Below, piece after piece: positions 60,249 through 64,000 of a DNA stretch of 64,000 nt (the stretch's first letter is position 1; each line of letters starts with the position of its first letter). This stretch comes from an uncultured Planctomycetia bacterium (GTDB taxonomy: Bacteria > Planctomycetota > Planctomycetia > Pirellulales > Thermoguttaceae), in contig CAWAAL010000024.1 of assembly GCA_963779975.1 (NCBI GenBank), positions 57,153-121,152 on the forward strand. Reading direction: 5' to 3'. The notes below the pieces were generated by a model that worked only from the letters and a program-made list of their open reading frames with translations, made no database searches and was not told where the DNA came from. Both the position numbers and the translations under genes were made by a program.

Positions 60249-61295
60249 TCATTCGAAAACCGTGTTGTGGGTGGCCGTGCAGCGGATAAAGGTGCAGCAC
60301 TTGCAAAGGTCCTTGAGGCGATCGGCGCCGACGTAGGCACAAGCCGATCGCAGACCCCCGGCGACGTCCTGCAGCACCCCTTTCACCGGGCCCTTGCAGG
60401 CCACCTCCACGCACTTTCCCTCAGCCGCACAGTAGTCCTTCACCCCCTCGTGGTGTTTCTCTTGGGCTTCCCGACTGGACATGCCGTAGAACTTCAGCGA
60501 CTTTTTCTCGCCGTTGTCGGTTGTCCACTCCCCGTCGCATTCCTCGGTTCCCGCCAGCATCCCGCCCAGCATCACGAAGTCGGCGCCCGCTCCGAATGCC
60601 TTGGCAATGTCGCCCGGCATCCGGCAGCCGCCGTCGGCACAGATGTGTCCCTTGTTGCCATGAGCGGCGTCGGCACATTCGATGATCGCGGACAGTTGCG
60701 GGTATCCCACGCCGGTCATCATCCGGGTCGTGCAGACGCTTCCGGGGCCGATCCCCACTTTCACGATATCGGCCCGGCCCTCGATCAAGAGTTCCTGGAC
60801 CATTTCCGGGGTCGCCACGTTTCCGGCCATGATGCTCGCCGTGGGGCACAACTCGCGGACGTGTTTCACCCGATCCACGAAGAACTTGGTGTAGCCGTTG
60901 GCGGCATCGATACAGATCAGGCCGGCCCCCTCCGGCGCCCGCTCCACGAATGCCTTGAGCTTGTCGAAGTCTTCGTCCCGTATTCCCAGCGTGTAGAACG
61001 TGGACGTGCGGGCCGGGTTTGCGGTGAAGAAACGGACCAGGTCCTCCAAGGGGTAGTACTTGTGCAGGCAGGTGAGCATGTTCAAGTCGTGCAAGGCCGC
61101 TGCCATGCGCATCGTTCCGGTGGTGTCGAGATTGGCGGCGATGATGGGGATGCCCGTCCAGCCCGCCCGTGGCGCGGCGGCCCGAAAGCGATGGCTCCGT
61201 TTCAGATCGACGCTCGCCCGGCTGGGAGCGACCGAGCGCTTGGGTCGGATCAACACGTCGTCGAAATCGAGCCTCAGTTCGGATTCAACTCTCAT
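60249..61295 (-). CDS. guaC: GMP reductase
   Basis: 'VLIRPKRS', '[11 protein letters not shown]', '[33 protein letters not shown]', '[15 protein letters not shown]'. Confidence 0.9.
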   Translation of the reverse strand: MRVESELRLDFDDVLIRPKRSVAPSRASVDLKRSHRFRAAAPRAGWTGIPIIAANLDTTGTMRMAAALHDLNMLTCLHKYYPLEDLVRFFTANPARTSTFYTLGIRDEDFDKLKAFVERAPEGAGLICIDAANGYTKFFVDRVKHVRELCPTASIMAGNVATPEMVQELLIEGRADIVKVGIGPGSVCTTRMMTGVGYPQLSAIIECADAAHGNKGHICADGGCRMPGDIAKAFGAGADFVMLGGMLAGTEECDGEWTTDNGEKKSLKFYGMSSREAQEKHHEGVKDYCAAEGKCVEVACKGPVKGVLQDVAGGLRSACAYVGADRLKDLCKCCTFIRCTATHNTVFE

Positions 61296-61320
61296 CGCTT
61301 TCGCCCTCTACGGCATTTCC

Positions 61321-61404
61321 CCGTCAGGAAGCAATACTTCCCCGTCAGGAAGCAATGTTTCCCTATCAGGAAGCAATGTTTCCCTATCAGGAAGCAATCG
61401 ACCT
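61321..61404. repeat. 4 x 21-bp tandem direct repeats in the guaC upstream region
   Basis: ccgtcaggaagcaatacttcc / ccgtcaggaagcaatgtttcc / ctatcaggaagcaatgtttcc / ctatcaggaagcaatcgacct. Confidence 0.8.
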
Positions 61405-61956
61405 CGGCCACAGGAAGAGGTAAACGCCGATGCCGACTAGCAGCAGGATCAGCGCCCATCGCCAGACCTGCGGCATGCGGTCCAGGCGCAGCGGTTGGCC
61501 AGGACTGGCCTGCCATCCCCAACGCACTCCTATTCCCAGGGCGACGGCGGCGAGCAGCACCAGACCGTTGCACATCTGGTAGCCGAACTTGAGGTTGTAG
61601 AGCCAGGTGGCGGCGCCCGCTGTATGGCCCAGCACGACGGCGACACTCACGATCAGGGCCAAAGTATCAGGCAGCAAGAGCAGCACCATGACGAAGATGG
61701 CGGCCCACGCCGCCATGCCGGCGGCGAACGCCGCGGGGTGAGCCGTTAGCAGGTGGTGCCAGGTGGGCGAGATTTCGTTGGCATAGGCCCGTTGGCCTTG
61801 CCAATACTCGGCGGATTGGCCGATCAAGGTGAGAGTGGTATCCAACGCACAGAACACAAGCGGCGGCAGGCATAAGCCGAGGAACCGCTGACGAAGGCCG
61901 CTAATCACGATCGCATCTCCCATCGCTTCTACGCCGAACCCTTGAACTTCTTCCAA
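61387..61956 (-). CDS. hypothetical integral membrane protein (5-6 TM)
   Basis: ORF with multiple hydrophobic helices. Confidence 0.45.
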   Translation of the reverse strand: MEEVQGFGVEAMGDAIVISGLRQRFLGLCLPPLVFCALDTTLTLIGQSAEYWQGQRAYANEISPTWHHLLTAHPAAFAAGMAAWAAIFVMVLLLLPDTLALIVSVAVVLGHTAGAATWLYNLKFGYQMCNGLVLLAAVALGIGVRWGWQASPGQPLRLDRMPQVWRWALILLLVGIGVYLFLWPRSIAS

Positions 61957-62168
61957 CTTCCGCCATTATCCCCCGGAATGGAAACCGGAGCAAGTGGCTG
62001 TCGGAGCAAGTGGCGCAAGGCGGAGCGGCGGGAGAGAGGGGGGCGCGGACCCCCCATGCGACTCGGCAGTATTTCCCTTTGCCGTCGTATGGGGGTGGCC
62101 GGCCTCCCTCTCTCCGCGGACCAAGAATCAAGGAAGGAAGCGTTTGGGACTAGCCGAAATGGATCGGG

Positions 62169-64000
62169 TCAGACCGGGATTGGCGACTTCCCCACCCACG
62201 TTCCGATCACTTCGACCAGTTTTTTCGGGTCGATCGGCTTGCTGATGTAATCGTCGCAGCCGGCATTGATGCACTTCTGGCGATCTCCCGACATGGCGTG
62301 GGCGGTCAAGGCGATGATCGGCTCCCGGCAGCCGGCGTCTCGCAGTTTCCGCGTTGCTTCGTAGCCGTCCATCACGGGCATCTGGATATCCATGAGAATC
62401 GCGTCGAAGGGATTTCCCGCCTGCCGTGCGGCCAAAGCGAGGCCCAAGGCGATCCGTCCATCTTCCGCCAGTTCCACGTCGGCCCCCGCCTTGCGGAGAA
62501 AGAAAGCAATCAATCGCCGGTTGTCGGCGCCATCCTCGGCCAAGAGAATGCGGCAGTCGAGTTTCCGCCAGCCATTCCCCGCGAATTCCCTGGCGGTCAC
62601 CGCTTCACCCGACTCCGGCGGCGACGCCGGTCCATCACACGGGACGATGCTGATACTGAGGCTGAACGTACTGCCCATGCCGGGGCTGCTCCTAACGACA
62701 AGATCGCCGCCGAGTGTCCCCGCCAACCGCTTGCTGATTGCCAAGCCCAGGCCGGTGCCGCCGAATCGACGACGAGCGGAACCGTCCACCTGGGAAAACG
62801 GGCGGAACAACTGGCCCATGTCTTCCGCCGATATGCCGATGCCCGTGTCGATCACGTCGCATAGCAACTTGTTGTCGCCCTCGCCCGTGGAGTCCAGCCG
62901 CATGACGATCCGGACGCCGCCAACCTCGGTGAACTTGACGGCATTGCCGATGAGGTTGACAAGGATTTGCCGCAAATGGACCGGATCGGTCTTGACTGCC
63001 ATCGGCACGTCGGGCTCGCACTCGGCGGTCAGTCGCAGCCCCTTGGCTTCCGCTCGCACGCGCATCGTGCCGAGGACATCCGCCGCAACCTGCCGTGGAG
63101 AGCAGGTCTGGACATGCAATGTGTGCTTGCCGGCCTCGATCTTCGACAAGTCAAGGATGTCGTTGATGAGATTGAGCAGGTGGTGTCCATTGCGTTTGAT
63201 GATCTGGACGGCTTCCAGCGTGTCTTGGTCCTGGGCGCTGTCCAGGAGGACATCGGCATAGCCGATGATGGCAGTCATCGGCGTGCGGATTTCGTGGCTC
63301 ATGTTCGCCAGGAACTCGCTCTTGGCGCAGTTGGCGGCCTCGGCCCGGGCGCAGGCTTCTTCCAGTTTCTGGTTGGCTTGCCGCAAGGCTTCCGAGTATT
63401 GTCGCAACGTCTGCTCGGCGTTCCTTCTTGCGGTGACGTCCACGCAGAACGCAACCGTCTTGTCTTTCTGCACCTTGACGGCATGGACCGACATGAAGAA
63501 TCTCGAACCGTCCTTGCGCACGAAGCAGAATTCGCCGCTGACCGCGGAGCCGGTCTGCATCACTTCGTGGAACGCCGTGATTGCCGCCGTCGCGTGCTCG
63601 GGCGCGACAATGTCGGGAATTGCCATTTGCGTCAATTCTGCTTCCGAGTATCCGAGGAGGCGGCACGCCGACGCATTGACCTCCAAGTACCGCCCGGTTG
63701 AATCCGTCACGAACACGCCGGTGGGAGAGTTGTTGACGTAGGTCCGATATTTTTCCTCGCTGGCCCGCACCATCTCCTCGGCCCGCTTGCGGTCGGTAAT
63801 GTCGCGGGCGAAGGCACAGTTGTACTCTTTCCCGTCGCGCGTCATGTAATTGACCGCGATCTCCACCGGGAAGGTCCGGCCGGTCTTCGTGCGATGGCGA
63901 CTTTCAACGACAAACGACTTCTTTTCCCGAATCGCCTCCCAGTGAGGCCCCCAAAACTCTCGGCTGACGATCGTGTCGATATCGAACACCGTCATGGCCT
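62169..64000 (-). CDS. PAS-PAS-HisKA-HATPase_c-REC hybrid histidine kinase (5' end at or just beyond the window edge)
   Basis: 'MSHEIRTPMTAIIGY' H-box; C-terminal receiver 'ILLAEDGADNRRLI...ILMDIQMPVMDG'; ATG at 63995 has only 5 nt of upstream context. Confidence 0.8.
   Translation of the reverse strand, partial: AMTVFDIDTIVSREFWGPHWEAIREKKSFVVESRHRTKTGRTFPVEIAVNYMTRDGKEYNCAFARDITDRKRAEEMVRASEEKYRTYVNNSPTGVFVTDSTGRYLEVNASACRLLGYSEAELTQMAIPDIVAPEHATAAITAFHEVMQTGSAVSGEFCFVRKDGSRFFMSVHAVKVQKDKTVAFCVDVTARRNAEQTLRQYSEALRQANQKLEEACARAEAANCAKSEFLANMSHEIRTPMTAIIGYADVLLDSAQDQDTLEAVQIIKRNGHHLLNLINDILDLSKIEAGKHTLHVQTCSPRQVAADVLGTMRVRAEAKGLRLTAECEPDVPMAVKTDPVHLRQILVNLIGNAVKFTEVGGVRIVMRLDSTGEGDNKLLCDVIDTGIGISAEDMGQLFRPFSQVDGSARRRFGGTGLGLAISKRLAGTLGGDLVVRSSPGMGSTFSLSISIVPCDGPASPPESGEAVTAREFAGNGWRKLDCRILLAEDGADNRRLIAFFLRKAGADVELAEDGRIALGLALAARQAGNPFDAILMDIQMPVMDGYEATRKLRDAGCREPIIALTAHAMSGDRQKCINAGCDDYISKPIDPKKLVEVIGTWVGKSPIPV

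Noticed and set aside
1237-63700. Long antisense ORFs (1237..2724, 6076..7266, 7571..8377, 16702..17862, 24059..24967, 26522..27718, 27720..29156, 33126..34112, 34697..35716, 41192..42874, 48445..49617, 49566..50735, 50666..51895, 52214..53092)
   Set aside because: Each lies opposite a gene with strong family-level homology; Arg/Gly/Pro-rich composition is typical of non-coding frames in high-GC DNA.
1-64000. Transposase, integrase, tRNA or tmRNA that could explain the partial 3' copies as att sites
   Set aside because: No DDE/tyrosine-recombinase-like ORF and no cloverleaf-like RNA found by eye anywhere in the window (3915-4110 inspected specifically); cannot exclude one just outside.

Overview
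High-GC (~62%) bacterial chromosome segment, probably planctomycete-like (BBP7-type outer-membrane protein, ECF sigma + Ser/Thr kinase pair, multiple sigma-70 paralogues, Tat-signal Gfo/Idh/MocA oxidoreductase, 'LEYLEDRRML' N-terminal motif; this lineage call is inference). Recognisable content: a chemosensory-like signalling operon (CheB-CheR-PAS hybrid, PAS hybrid histidine kinase, REC-DUF2294 response regulator); two RpoD-family and two ECF sigma factors; central-metabolism genes (HAD hydrolase, ackA, xfp phosphoketolase, ppk2); a carbohydrate cluster (PMM-like HAD-IIB phosphatase, two GH130 glycosylases, GT4, a glycosidase-like protein, a membrane desaturase); a P3A-type H+-ATPase; guaC; an LRR-fused histidine kinase; Hsp20, CsbD and other small stress proteins. 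The dominant unusual feature is a family of at least 11 near-identical ~185-bp cassettes, all on the + strand, each made of a TTGCCT-N16-TACAAT promoter, a 5' stem-loop that varies in sequence but keeps its pairing, a conserved core, and a rho-independent terminator ending ~25-90 nt upstream of a + strand gene with its own RBS. Several copies were co-duplicated with minus-strand DUF2294 3' gene fragments, and the cassette region is a mosaic of gene fragments (transglutaminase-N, VIT, MFS, second P-type ATPase C-terminus, DUF3494/PEP-CTERM tail, duplicated sigma 3' end). At least 10 genes show single-base frameshifts at homopolymer or GC runs, which are either assembly indel errors or recent pseudogenes. 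No rRNA, tRNA, CRISPR array, transposase or integrase was recognised.
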